Origin: Pseudomonadota bacterium
GTDB taxonomy: Bacteria > Pseudomonadota > Gammaproteobacteria > Steroidobacterales > Steroidobacteraceae
Assembly: GCA_018240525.1 (NCBI GenBank)
Contig: JAFEFN010000014.1
Coordinates: 108,487 to 172,486, forward strand
Direction: 5' to 3'
Length of the DNA: 64,000 nucleotides
Both the position numbers and the translations under genes were made by a program. The notes under the pieces were generated by a model. The model searched no databases. It was not told the origin of the DNA and saw nothing but the letters and a program-made list of their open reading frames with translations. This document shows positions 35,816-47,693 of the stretch, piece after piece (position 1 is the stretch's first letter; every line of letters begins with the position of its first letter).

Positions 35816-37243
35816 TCAGCTCGCTTGGTTTGTCGTGCGTCCGGCGGAAACGGAGCGCGCCGCCCGCAGGACCTCGGGAACGATCTTAGCAACGTCAGCG
35901 CCAGCGGTACGGTGATTTACGAAGCAGGCGCGCAGCGCGAACCGGCCGGCGACGGTGGCGTTGGACAGGTACACCTCGCCGTTCGCGATGAGCCGCCGCA
36001 GCAGTGCCGCGTTGAAGCGGTCCAGGTCCCGGTCGGTCGCCGTGCCGCGGTGGCGGAAGCACACTGCGCTCAGTTCGACGGGCGCCAGAAGCTCCAGCTC
36101 CGGGCAGCCGCGGATCGCGGCGGCAAGGTCCTGCGCGTGCTGCAGGTCGGCGCCGATCGCGCTCCGGAACGCCTCCAGGCCGTGGTAGCGCAGCGACAGC
36201 CACACCTTCAGGGCGCGGAACCGCCGCGACAGCTCCAGCGACTCCTCGAAGAAGGCGAAGTCCTCCTCGGGGCCCGGGCCGATGACGCGCGCGTAGTCCT
36301 CGGTGTGCGCGAAGGTCCGGCGGGCGATGGCCGCGTCGCGGAACAACAGCAGGCCGCAATCCACCGGCTGGTACAGCCACTTGTGCAGGTCGACCGACAG
36401 GGAGTCCGCCCGCTCCAGTCCGCGGAACTTGTGCGGCTGGGCCAGGCTGCCGAGCGCCCCGTAGGCACCATCCACGTGCAGCCAGAGCTTGTGTGCGCGG
36501 CAGACCGAGGCTATCTCCTCCAGCGGGTCGATGGCACCGGTGCTCACCGTCCCCGCCGAGGCGATGACGGCAATGCCGCTGCCGCCGGCGGCGGTGTCCC
36601 GGGCGATGGCCGCCTCCAGTCCACGCAGGCTCATGCGCCCCTGCGCATCCGCCGGCACGACGCGCAGGCTGCTGCGCCCCAGGCCGAGGAGCGCGACCGC
36701 CTTGGCGATCGACATGTGCACTTCGCCGGAGCAGTAGAGGGTGCCGGCACGGGCACCCGATTCGTTGGCGGGCAGCAGGGCCTCGCGTGCCATGGCCAGG
36801 CCCATGAGGTTGGCGGACGAGCCGCCGCCGCACAGGCTGCCCTGCAGCTGCGGGCAGCCGAGCGCCTCGGCGATCCAGCGCACCACCTGCCGCTCGATGC
36901 TCACGGCCGCCGGCGCCGAGCGCCACGCGGTGACGTTCTGGTTGAGGACACTGGCCATGAGGTCACCGAGCGCCGCCACCGGCTCGCCCGAGCCGAACAC
37001 GTAGCCGAAGAAGCGCGGCGTGGGCAGCCGCGAGAGGCGGATCACGTCCTCGAGCGCATCGAAGGCCGCGCCCCTGAGGCCCTCTCGCGGCAGCGGCTCA
37101 TCGAAGGCCTGCCGGACCTCGGTCCCGGATGCCTGCGGGTACGCCCGCGCACCGTCGAGTCCGGCGTAGAGTCCGCCTGCCAGCCCGACGACGCGCGCTG
37201 CCAGGTCGCGGAACTCCTCGCCGGACACCTGCAGCGCGCTCAC
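35816..37243 (-). CDS. PLP-dependent group II amino-acid decarboxylase (aromatic-L-amino-acid decarboxylase-like)
   Basis: ORF 35816..37243 (GTG start). Motifs GGSSANLMGLAMAR, HVDGAYGA and SVDLHKWLYQP (PLP lysine). Confidence 0.8.
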   Translation of the reverse strand: MSALQVSGEEFRDLAARVVGLAGGLYAGLDGARAYPQASGTEVRQAFDEPLPREGLRGAAFDALEDVIRLSRLPTPRFFGYVFGSGEPVAALGDLMASVLNQNVTAWRSAPAAVSIERQVVRWIAEALGCPQLQGSLCGGGSSANLMGLAMAREALLPANESGARAGTLYCSGEVHMSIAKAVALLGLGRSSLRVVPADAQGRMSLRGLEAAIARDTAAGGSGIAVIASAGTVSTGAIDPLEEIASVCRAHKLWLHVDGAYGALGSLAQPHKFRGLERADSLSVDLHKWLYQPVDCGLLLFRDAAIARRTFAHTEDYARVIGPGPEEDFAFFEESLELSRRFRALKVWLSLRYHGLEAFRSAIGADLQHAQDLAAAIRGCPELELLAPVELSAVCFRHRGTATDRDLDRFNAALLRRLIANGEVYLSNATVAGRFALRACFVNHRTAGADVAKIVPEVLRAARSVSAGRTTNQAS

Positions 37244-37255
37244 GGATCCCCGCGG

Positions 37256-38344
37256 CTAGGCGAGCGAGGTCTGCTTCGCGGCGCCGGCCGCGGCCGGCAC
37301 GGTCCCTGCCGGTGGCTCCTGCTCCGCCTGGATCAGCTTGTCGAGGACGCGCCGGAAGTGCGCGAGGGGGGCGTCCGCGAGGATGCCGAGCATCTGGAAG
37401 TTCGGGTCCTCCTCCAGGGTCTTCTGCTGGCGCTCGATGATCGCCTTGTCCTCGAGGAAGCCCTCGATGAGGCTGTCCAGGAGCGAGGCGGATATCGTGG
37501 TGTCGGTGCCCTCGAAGTTGTTCAGGTAGACCCAGAAGAAGTGCGTGGTGCGGTCGGTCTCGGGCGTCATGTACTGGCAGTTGCGGTATTCGCGCGCGTT
37601 CTCGAGGTTGCCCTTCTCGGCGCCCTGCCCGGCCGGGGTGAAGGTGGTCTCCATGTAGAAGATCCCCGGAATCAGCATGGTCACGTGGTTGCGCCGGTCG
37701 ACGCGGGCGTCCTTGTCGCGGATGACCTTCTTGTGGAAGGGCGGCGCCTCGCTGTTCATGTGCCAGCGATCCACCCGGAAGCCGCGTTCCTGCTTCTCCA
37801 CCACCACCGGCTTGGTGACGTAGGCGTACTCCTCGGAGCCCCCGAGCGTGTTGGTGTGCACGAACGCCAGGTGCGAGAAGTCGCTCAGGTTGTCGACGAT
37901 GAGCAGATAGTTGGCATCGTAGTGCAGGTACGCCGGCAGCCCCCGCCACTTCGGGTCGTGCAAGGGCGCGTATTCCGGGATCAGGGTGCGGTCCGCGCGT
38001 GCCGGGTCGCCCATCCAGATCCAGATCAGCCGCGCGCTCTCGACGATCGGGTACTTTCTCACGCGCAGCTTGGGCGGAATCATGTCCTGGCCCGGAATCT
38101 GCAGGCAGCGTCCGTCCTTGTTGTACTTGATGCCGTGGTACATGCAGCGCACGTCGTCGCCCTCGCGGCGCCCGTCGGACAGGAGGGCGCCGCGGTGCGG
38201 GCAGCGGTTGTTCAGGGCGATGACCTCGCCGCTGTCGCCCCGGTACAGGAGCACGTTCTCGTTCAGGAGGGTGCGCGCCAGCATCTTCCCGTCGATCAGT
38301 TCGTAGTCCCAGGCGGCGACATACCAGCAGTTCTTAAGAAACAT
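37256..38344 (-). CDS. Rieske [2Fe-2S] non-haem-iron oxygenase, VanA-like (oxygenase component only)
   Basis: ORF 37256..38344 with a strong AGGAGG SD. MFLKNCWYVAAWDYEL.., Rieske CPHRG..CMYHG, and a catalytic domain with DFSHLAFVH. Confidence 0.85.
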   Translation of the reverse strand: MFLKNCWYVAAWDYELIDGKMLARTLLNENVLLYRGDSGEVIALNNRCPHRGALLSDGRREGDDVRCMYHGIKYNKDGRCLQIPGQDMIPPKLRVRKYPIVESARLIWIWMGDPARADRTLIPEYAPLHDPKWRGLPAYLHYDANYLLIVDNLSDFSHLAFVHTNTLGGSEEYAYVTKPVVVEKQERGFRVDRWHMNSEAPPFHKKVIRDKDARVDRRNHVTMLIPGIFYMETTFTPAGQGAEKGNLENAREYRNCQYMTPETDRTTHFFWVYLNNFEGTDTTISASLLDSLIEGFLEDKAIIERQQKTLEEDPNFQMLGILADAPLAHFRRVLDKLIQAEQEPPAGTVPAAAGAAKQTSLA

Positions 38345-38418
38345 GGGTGGCTCCTCCTGACTTGGCGGCCCGCTCCGGTCGCCTGCGGTTCATGCCCTGA
38401 TGCAGTGGCCGTGCCTCG

Positions 38419-40827
<2,409 letters not shown>

Positions 40828-40870
40828 GGCTCTCCCCTTCCGCGGCTTTTAGTTATCTGCGGGCCCGTGG

Positions 40871-41392
40871 CTATGCTACATCGAAGACGCCGACCTGAGC
40901 GTCGTCCTCTTCGGAGGCGGGCGCGCCCTCGGCGTGCGTCCCCCCGGGTTCGTATTCCGGCAGTGCGGCCAGCAACTGGTCCAGCGCCAGCTGCAGCCGC
41001 CCGCTGAACTGCGCCCCCACCTGCTGCTCGATGCGCCGGTAGGTGGCCTCGATCTGCGGCGCCATGCGCGCCGCCATGGCGCGGGCCCGCGGCGTGAGCG
41101 CGACCCGCACGCGCCGCTGATCGTGGTCGAGGCGGCGGCGCTTGACCAGACCCAGCTCCTCCATCCGCGCGAGCACGCCCGACATGCTGGGACTGGAGAT
41201 GCGGCAGGCCTCGACGATCTCGCGCGGCTCGAGCGAGCGCGCCTCGTAGAGCAGGCGCACGATGCGCCACTGCTGCTCGGTGATGCCGTTGGCGTTCAGG
41301 ATGGGGCGGAAGTAGGACAGGACGCGCTCGCGCGCCTGCAGCAGCACGAGGGGCAGGTTGCGGTGGTGCAGACCGGTCGGCTTGAAACCCAT
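40871..41392 (-). CDS. hpaR: MarR-family regulator, HpaR-like (homoprotocatechuate operon repressor)
   Basis: In ORF 40871..41440. LLQARERVLSYFRPILNANGITEQQWRIVRLL.. closely matches the HpaR N-terminus. Divergent from hpaG. Start at MGFKPT (41392) preferred; the longest ORF starts at 41440. Confidence 0.75.
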   Translation of the reverse strand: MGFKPTGLHHRNLPLVLLQARERVLSYFRPILNANGITEQQWRIVRLLYEARSLEPREIVEACRISSPSMSGVLARMEELGLVKRRRLDHDQRRVRVALTPRARAMAARMAPQIEATYRRIEQQVGAQFSGRLQLALDQLLAALPEYEPGGTHAEGAPASEEDDAQVGVFDVA

Positions 41393-41442
41393 AGTCAGGC
41401 ACGCAGTCCTTGCCGGAAGGCGTTCGGACAACATACTCACAC

Positions 41443-41474
41443 ATTAGTGAACGATTTGCTAATCTATTAGTGAA
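41443..41474. promoter_or_regulatory. candidate HpaR operator: two direct ATTAGTGAA repeats 23 bp apart
   Basis: ATTAGTGAA occurs at 41443-41451 and 41466-41474 in the AT-richer 106-bp hpaR/hpaG divergent intergenic region. Confidence 0.3.
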
Positions 41475-41498
41475 TTTCCGGGTCGACCGGGAGATCCC

Positions 41499-42170
41499 GT
41501 GCCCGTACTCATCGACGTGTCCCCCTACCGGCTCTCCGGAGTCGTGTACGGCGCATTGCTCAATCACCGCACAGCGCTGCTGGAACTGGGCGAGGCGGCG
41601 ACCCGCGCGCCCTACAACGCCGTGCCGCAGGCGCCGGTGCTCTACCTCAAGCCGCGCAACACGCTCGCGGGCGATGGCGACCCGGTCGTGGTGCCCGCCG
41701 GCACCGCGGAACTGGAAGTCGGCGCCTGCCTGGGCCTGGTGATCGGCCGGCCCGCCTGCCGCCTTAAGGAAGACCGCGCGCTGGAGTCCCTGGCCGGCTA
41801 CCTGATCGTGAACGATGTCAGCATCCCGCATCAGCCCTATTTCCGGCCCTCCATCAGTGCGAAGGCGCGCGATGGCTTCTGTCCCCTGGGGCGGTTCGTG
41901 CCGCGCTCGGCCATCGCCGACCCCGACGCCCTGGAGATCCGCGTCCTGATCGACGGTCAGCTGCGCCTGAGCGCGAGCACCGCGCAGCTGGTCCGCCCGG
42001 TGGGGAGGCTGCTGGCCGATGTCACCGAGTTCATGACGCTCTCCCCCGGGGATGTCCTGGCGGTGGGGGCCGCCGCCCCCGCACCGCGGGTGCGGGCCTC
42101 GCAGCGCGCCGCGATCGAGATCCCAGGACTCGGGCGGCTCGAGACTCCCTTCGTGGCAGAGCCGGCATGA
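41499..42170 (+). CDS. hpaG: HpaG/HpcE family (FAH fold) protein, subunit 1 of OPET decarboxylase / HHDD isomerase
   Basis: ORF 41499..42170 (GTG start). FAH-fold motifs and position first in the hpa operon. Confidence 0.8.
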   Translation: MPVLIDVSPYRLSGVVYGALLNHRTALLELGEAATRAPYNAVPQAPVLYLKPRNTLAGDGDPVVVPAGTAELEVGACLGLVIGRPACRLKEDRALESLAGYLIVNDVSIPHQPYFRPSISAKARDGFCPLGRFVPRSAIADPDALEIRVLIDGQLRLSASTAQLVRPVGRLLADVTEFMTLSPGDVLAVGAAAPAPRVRASQRAAIEIPGLGRLETPFVAEPA

Positions 42171-42937
42171 AGCGCGCCCGCGTCGCCTACGCCGGGGCCA
42201 TCCATGCCGCCGAGCCGGAGGCCCTCGGCGATGGCCGCCCGGGTGTGCGCCTCACCGACGGGCGCCTGCTGGCGGAGGATGCCGTCGTATGGCTGCCGCC
42301 CCTGGAGGTGGGCACGGTGATCGCACTGGGCCTGAACTACGCGGAGCGGGCCCGCGAGCTGTCGTTTGCCGCCCAGGAGGAGCCGCTGGTGTTCCTCAAG
42401 GGTCCCGGCACGCTCATCGGCCACCGGGGCCAGACCCGCCGTCCCGCCGGGGTCAAGTTCATGCACTACGAGTGCGAGCTGGCCGTGGTCATCGGCCGCC
42501 CCGCGCGCCGCATCCCCCGCAGCGAGGCACTGGCGCACGTCGCCGGTTACTGCGTGGCCAACGACTACGCCATCCGGGACTACCTGGAGAACTGGTACCG
42601 CCCCAACCTGCGCGTCAAGAACCGCGACGGCGCCACGGCGCTGGGACCCTGGCTGGTGGATGCGGCCGACGTTGCGGACGTGGGGAACCTCGCCCTGCGC
42701 ACCTACGTCAACGGCACGCTCACGCAGCAGGGCAACACGCGGGACATGATCACCGGGGTTGCACGCCTGATCGAGTACCTGAGCGCCTTCATGACCCTCG
42801 GTGCCGGCGACGTGATCCTCACCGGCACGCCCGAAGGCGTCACCAACGTCGCGGTGGGCGATGAGGTAGTCTGCGAGATCGACGGGCTGGGTGCGCTCAA
42901 GAACACGATCGTCGGAGACGAGCTCTACGGCCGCTGA
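42167..42937 (+). CDS. hpaG: HpaG/HpcE family (FAH fold) protein, subunit 2
   Basis: ORF 42167..42937. ATGA overlap with the preceding gene. Motifs ..YECELAVVIG.. and ..GDVILTGTPEGV... Confidence 0.8.
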   Translation: MKRARVAYAGAIHAAEPEALGDGRPGVRLTDGRLLAEDAVVWLPPLEVGTVIALGLNYAERARELSFAAQEEPLVFLKGPGTLIGHRGQTRRPAGVKFMHYECELAVVIGRPARRIPRSEALAHVAGYCVANDYAIRDYLENWYRPNLRVKNRDGATALGPWLVDAADVADVGNLALRTYVNGTLTQQGNTRDMITGVARLIEYLSAFMTLGAGDVILTGTPEGVTNVAVGDEVVCEIDGLGALKNTIVGDELYGR

Positions 42938-42949
42938 AGGCCCCCGCGC

Positions 42950-44419
42950 ATGAAAATCGACCACCTCATCAACGGCCGGCGGGTCGCCAGCCGCAGCTAC
43001 TTCGAATCGGTGAACCCCGCGACCCAGCAGGTGCTCGCCGAGGTCGCCAGCGGCACGGCCAGCGAGGTCGGCGCCGCGGTGGCCGCCGCCAAGGACGCCT
43101 TCCCCGCCTGGGCGGGTCGTCCGGCCCCGGAGCGGGCCGCGTTGCTGCGCCGGCTCGGCGAGCTGATCACGCGCGAGGTGCCAGCGCTGGCCCGCACGGA
43201 GACGCAGGACACCGGCCAGCCGCTGGCCCAGACGGGCAAGCAGCTCATCCCGCGCGCGGCGGACAACTTCCAGTACTTCGCGGAGATGTGCGTGCGCGTG
43301 GACGGGCACACCTACCCGACGCCGACCCACCTCAACTACACGCTGTTCCACCCGGTGGGCGTGTGCGCCCTGATCTCCCCGTGGAACGTGCCGTTCATGA
43401 CGGCGACCTGGAAGGTCGCACCCGCGCTCGCCTTCGGCAACACCGCGGTGCTGAAGATGAGCGAGCTCTCCCCGCTCACGGCCGCGCGGCTGGGCGAACT
43501 GGCGCTCGAGGCGGGCATCCCGCCCGGAGTCCTGAACATCGTGCACGGGCTCGGTGCGAGCGCCGGGGAGCCGCTGTGCCAGCATCCGGACGTCCGGGCA
43601 ATCTCCTTCACCGGCTCGACGCTCACGGGCAACCGCATCGTCAGGGCCGCCGGCCTCAAGAAGTTCAGCATGGAGCTCGGTGGCAAGAGCCCGTTCGTGG
43701 TGTTCGAGGACGCCGCGCTGCCGCGCGCGCTCGATGCGGCGCTGTTCATGGTCTTCTCCAACAACGGCGAGCGCTGCACCGCCGGCTCGCGGATCCTGGT
43801 GCAGGAATCGATCTATGCGGATTTCGCGGCGCGCTTCAGCGAGCGGGCGCGGCGCATCCGGGTCGGCGACCCGCTCGACGAACAGACGCTCGTCGGGCCC
43901 ATGATCAGCAAGGCGCACCTGGAAAAGGTCCGTGGCTACATCGCCGAGGGGCAGAAGGAAGGGGCGACGCTCCTGTGCGGCGGGCTCGGGCAGCCCTCCT
44001 ATGCCCCCGAGCTGCCCGCGGCGGTCGCGGCCGGCAACTACGTGTGGCCCACCGTGTTCGCCGATGTCGACAACCGCATGCGCATCGCCCAGGAGGAGAT
44101 CTTCGGCCCCGTGGCGTGCCTGATCCCCTTCACCGACGAGGCGGACGCCATCGCCAAGGCCAACGACATCCGCTACGGCCTGAGCAGCTACGTCTGGAGC
44201 GAGAATCTTGGCCGCGCCCACCGCGTCGCCGGGGCCATCGAGGCGGGCATGTGCTTCGTGAACAGCCAGAACGTGCGCGACCTGCGCCAGCCGTTCGGCG
44301 GCACCAAGGACTCCGGCGTCGGCCGCGAGGGAGGCACCTGGAGCTACGAGGTGTTCCTGGAACCGAAGAACGTCTGCGTGAGCCTCGGTAGCCACCCCAT
44401 TCCGCACTGGGGCGGTTGA
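42950..44419 (+). CDS. hpaE: 5-carboxymethyl-2-hydroxymuconate semialdehyde dehydrogenase
   Basis: ORF 42950..44419. ALDH motifs (ISPWNVP, FSMELGGKSP, NNGERCTAGSR, EEIFGPV) in hpa operon context. Confidence 0.8.
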   Translation: MKIDHLINGRRVASRSYFESVNPATQQVLAEVASGTASEVGAAVAAAKDAFPAWAGRPAPERAALLRRLGELITREVPALARTETQDTGQPLAQTGKQLIPRAADNFQYFAEMCVRVDGHTYPTPTHLNYTLFHPVGVCALISPWNVPFMTATWKVAPALAFGNTAVLKMSELSPLTAARLGELALEAGIPPGVLNIVHGLGASAGEPLCQHPDVRAISFTGSTLTGNRIVRAAGLKKFSMELGGKSPFVVFEDAALPRALDAALFMVFSNNGERCTAGSRILVQESIYADFAARFSERARRIRVGDPLDEQTLVGPMISKAHLEKVRGYIAEGQKEGATLLCGGLGQPSYAPELPAAVAAGNYVWPTVFADVDNRMRIAQEEIFGPVACLIPFTDEADAIAKANDIRYGLSSYVWSENLGRAHRVAGAIEAGMCFVNSQNVRDLRQPFGGTKDSGVGREGGTWSYEVFLEPKNVCVSLGSHPIPHWGG

Positions 44420-44449
44420 CACGGTGCGCCACCGGGCCGATGCGACGCC

Positions 44450-44776
44450 ATGAGCCTCTACCAGCTGCAGAAGTTCCTCTATGACATCAATCGCGAGCCG
44501 GGCGTGCAGGCCGCCTACCGCGCCCAGCCCGAGGACCTGCTCGCCCGCTACGAACTCACGGCCGAGGAGCGCGCGGCGCTCGCGGCCGGCGACGTCGGCC
44601 TCATCTACGTGCTCGGCGCGAACGGCCAGCTGCTCATGCACTTCGCCGCCTTCCTCGGCCTGTCCTGGCCGGCCTACCTGCAGGCGATGCGCGAGGGGGT
44701 GAGGCGCCACGGCCCGGTGCGCGCCGGGGTGTACGCCATGACCACGGCGCCGGAGGACCGGGTGGCCGGGGTATGA
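44450..44776 (+). CDS. LigA-like small subunit of a class III extradiol dioxygenase
   Basis: ORF 44450..44776. MSLYQLQKFLYDINREPGVQAAYRAQPEDLLARYELTAEERAALAAGDVG.. matches the LigA-type domain. ATGA overlap with the next gene. Confidence 0.65.
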   Translation: MSLYQLQKFLYDINREPGVQAAYRAQPEDLLARYELTAEERAALAAGDVGLIYVLGANGQLLMHFAAFLGLSWPAYLQAMREGVRRHGPVRAGVYAMTTAPEDRVAGV

Positions 44777-45594
44777 GCCTGGTGTTCGCAGGCATCTGCA
44801 GCCACGCGCCGGGGATCACCGGGCGCGCGCACATGGCAGACCCTGCGGCACGCGAGGCCTTCCACGGCGCCTACCACGGCCTGCGCGAGCAGCTGCGGGC
44901 CGCGCATCCGGATGCCCTGATCGTGATTGCCGCGGAGCACTTCGCCAACTTCTTCATGAACAACATGCCGAGCTTCGCGGTCGGCATGGCCGATCGCTAC
45001 GACGGCCCGATCGAGGATCCGGCCTGGCTCGGGATCCCGCGCACCCGCATCCCCGGCAACGCCGCGCTCTCCGGGGAGCTGATCCGCGAGGCGATGCAGT
45101 CGGTGGACCTGGCCTTCGCCGAGGAGTGGAAGTTCGACCACGGCATCATGGTGCCGTTGCACTTCCTCACGCCGGAGTACGAGCTGCCGATCGTGCCGGT
45201 CAACATCAACTGCCAGGGGCCGCCGCTGGCGCCGCTGCACCGGGCGTGGGCCCTCGGGGAGGCGCTGCGGCGCGCGGCCGACAAGGTCCCGCAGCGGCTG
45301 GCCCTCATCGGCACCGGGGGCATCTCGCACTGGCCGGCGACGCCCGACTCCGGGAAGATCAATGAAGCCTGGGACCGGCAGTTCCTGGAACGCTGGTCGC
45401 GCAACGACCGCCAGGCGCTGCTCTCCTACTCCGACCGGGAGACCTACCGCGACGCCGGCCAGGGCGGCTTCGAGATCCGCACCTTCATCGCCGTCGCCGC
45501 GGCGGCACGCGGCAGCGGCCACGTGCAGCACTATGCCCCGATCCCCATCTTCGCGGTGGGCTGCACGATCGCCACCATGGACATCTCAGCGTAG
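44773..45594 (+). CDS. hpaD: class III (LigB-type) extradiol ring-cleavage dioxygenase, probable homoprotocatechuate 2,3-dioxygenase
   Basis: ORF 44773..45594. LigB-family landmarks (..[11 protein letters not shown].., ..[12 protein letters not shown].., ..GGISHW..) between hpaE and hpaF. Confidence 0.7.
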   Translation: MSLVFAGICSHAPGITGRAHMADPAAREAFHGAYHGLREQLRAAHPDALIVIAAEHFANFFMNNMPSFAVGMADRYDGPIEDPAWLGIPRTRIPGNAALSGELIREAMQSVDLAFAEEWKFDHGIMVPLHFLTPEYELPIVPVNINCQGPPLAPLHRAWALGEALRRAADKVPQRLALIGTGGISHWPATPDSGKINEAWDRQFLERWSRNDRQALLSYSDRETYRDAGQGGFEIRTFIAVAAAARGSGHVQHYAPIPIFAVGCTIATMDISA

Positions 45595-45606
45595 GCCGCA
45601 GGCCCC

Positions 45607-46011
45607 ATGCCACACCTCGTCATCCTCTATACCCCGAACCTCGAGACGCAGACGGACATGGACCGGCTGTGCCGCAGCCTGGCCGATGCCATGCTCGCCG
45701 TCCGCGACGAGGAGTCCAGGCAGGTGTTCCCGACCGGCGGGGTGCGCGTACTGGCCTATCCGGCGGCCCACTCCGCGGTCGCGGACGGGCAGCGCGACTA
45801 CGCCTTCGTGTACCTGAACCTTCGCATGGGGCGCGGGCGCTCCGGCGCGGTCAAGCAGCGCGCCGGCGAGGCCCTGGCTGCCGCCGCGCGCGCGCATTTC
45901 GAGCCCCTGCTCGCCGCGCGCTACATCGGCATCACCCTGCAGGTGGACGAGGGCCAGGAAGTGTTCGACGCCAAGCACAGCTCGATCCATCCCCTGTTCG
46001 CCAAGCCATGA
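45607..46011 (+). CDS. hpaF: 5-carboxymethyl-2-hydroxymuconate isomerase
   Basis: ORF 45607..46011. [13 protein letters not shown].. N-terminus (catalytic Pro1 after Met removal) and the size are typical of CHMI. Confidence 0.8.
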   Translation: MPHLVILYTPNLETQTDMDRLCRSLADAMLAVRDEESRQVFPTGGVRVLAYPAAHSAVADGQRDYAFVYLNLRMGRGRSGAVKQRAGEALAAAARAHFEPLLAARYIGITLQVDEGQEVFDAKHSSIHPLFAKP

Positions 46012-46820
46012 CCACCACCCTCCCCGCGCAAACCATCGCCGAGCTTGCCGGGCGGCTGGCAGAGGCCCGCCGCACCCGCACCTGCGTGCGCCAGTTCTCC
46101 CGCGAGCACCCCGGCATGACGATCGACGATGGCTACGCCATCCAGCGCGCCTGGGTGCAGCTGGAACTGGCCCGGGGCCGCACGATCAAGGGGCGCAAGA
46201 TCGGCCTGACCTCACGCGCCATGCAGCAGGCATCGCAGATCACCGAGCCGGATTTCGCGCCGCTGATGGACGACATGTTCTTCGCCGACGGCAGCGACAT
46301 CCCCATGAACCTCTTCATCTCCCCGCGCGTCGAGGTCGAACTCGCGTTCGTCCTCGATGCCCCGCTGCGCGGGCCCGGGGTCGCGCTGAGCGACGTGCTC
46401 AGGGCCACCGCCTACGTGACGCCCGCGCTGGAGATCATCGATGCGCGCATCGAGCGCCTCGACCGCGAGACCCGGGCGCCGCGCAAGGTCTTCGACACCA
46501 TCGCCGACTTCGCAGCGAACGCAGGCGTCGTGGTGGGCGGACATCGGGCGCGACCCGACGCACTCGACCTGCGCTGGGTGGGCGCGCTGCTTTCCCGGAA
46601 CGAGGTCGTCGAGGAGACCGGGCTCGCGGCGGGGGTGCTCAATCACCCGGCCACCGGCGTCGCCTGGCTGGCGAACAAGATCGCCCCTTACGGCGAGCAG
46701 CTCGAGCGCGGCGACCTGGTGCTCAGCGGCTCCTTCACGCGCCCCGTCGAGGTGGCGGCGGGCGACCGGCTGCAGGCCGATTTCGGCCGCCTCGGAGGCA
46801 TCGCGGTGCGCTTCACCTGA
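46008..46820 (+). CDS. hpaH: 2-oxo-hepta-3-ene-1,7-dioate hydratase
   Basis: In-frame ATG at 46008 within ORF 45669..46820, overlapping the hpaF stop (ATGA). Hydratase/decarboxylase family motifs (..[12 protein letters not shown].., ..[10 protein letters not shown]..). Confidence 0.8.
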   Translation: MTTTLPAQTIAELAGRLAEARRTRTCVRQFSREHPGMTIDDGYAIQRAWVQLELARGRTIKGRKIGLTSRAMQQASQITEPDFAPLMDDMFFADGSDIPMNLFISPRVEVELAFVLDAPLRGPGVALSDVLRATAYVTPALEIIDARIERLDRETRAPRKVFDTIADFAANAGVVVGGHRARPDALDLRWVGALLSRNEVVEETGLAAGVLNHPATGVAWLANKIAPYGEQLERGDLVLSGSFTRPVEVAAGDRLQADFGRLGGIAVRFT

Positions 46821-46822
46821 CC

Positions 46823-47584
46823 ATGGACATGCCCCGCAACACCTTCAAGCAGGCGCTGCAGGCGCGCCAGCCGCAGATCGGACTGTGGCTGGGACTCGCC
46901 GATGCGTACGCCGCGGAGCTGCTCGCCGGCTGCGGGTTCGACTGGCTGGCACTGGATGCCGAGCATGCCCCCAACGATGTGCGCACCGTGCTGTCGCAGC
47001 TGCAGGCCGTCGCGGCGTACCCGGTGCAGGCGGTGGTGCGGACCCCGTCCGATGACCGCACGCTCCTCAAGCAATACCTCGACCTCGGCGTGCAGACCCT
47101 GCTGGTTCCCATGGTCGAGTCCGCCGCGCAGGCGGCGCGGATCGTTTCCGCGACCCGCTATCCGCCGGCCGGCGTGCGCGGCGTGGGCAGTGCGCTGGCG
47201 CGCGCCTCGCGCTGGAACCAGATCGGCAACTACCTGCGCGAGAGCGCCCGGGAGCTGTGCGTGCTGGTCCAGGTCGAATCACTCGCGGGCCTGCAGGATC
47301 TCGCCTCGATCGCGGCCACCGAGGGCATCGACGGGGTGTTCTTCGGCCCCGCCGACCTGGCCGCATCGATGGGGCTGCTGGGGCAGCCCACCGATGCGCG
47401 GGTCCAGGATGCGATCCGGCAGGGCATCCATCGCGTGCGCGCGGCGGGCAAGGCCGCCGGCGTCCTGGCCGTCGATGCGGACGTGGCGCGCAGCTACCTC
47501 GATGCCGGGGCGGGTTTCGTGGCGGTCGGCGTGGACACGACCTTGCTGGTGCGCGCGGCCCGGCAGCTGCGCGGGCAGTTCTAG
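46823..47584 (+). CDS. hpaI: 2,4-dihydroxyhept-2-ene-1,7-dioate aldolase
   Basis: ORF 46823..47584. NTFKQALQARQPQIGLWLGL..FDWLALDAEHAPND..RYPPAGVRGVGSALARASRWN.. is near-colinear with E. coli HpaI as I recall it. Confidence 0.85.
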   Translation: MDMPRNTFKQALQARQPQIGLWLGLADAYAAELLAGCGFDWLALDAEHAPNDVRTVLSQLQAVAAYPVQAVVRTPSDDRTLLKQYLDLGVQTLLVPMVESAAQAARIVSATRYPPAGVRGVGSALARASRWNQIGNYLRESARELCVLVQVESLAGLQDLASIAATEGIDGVFFGPADLAASMGLLGQPTDARVQDAIRQGIHRVRAAGKAAGVLAVDADVARSYLDAGAGFVAVGVDTTLLVRAARQLRGQF

Positions 47585-47693
47585 GCCGTTCCCGCGCCTC
47601 GTGCGGGCGCGATCCTCGTCGCGGCCGAGCACCCCGACGCGCCGCGCGGACTCTGGCTTGTCCTGAGCGGCGAAGTGGCAGAGTATCCGCGCG

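Noticed and set aside
41957-44710. 917-aa minus-strand ORF
   Set aside because: Antisense to hpaG2/hpaE, which are clearly homologous to known enzymes and linked by ATGA overlaps.
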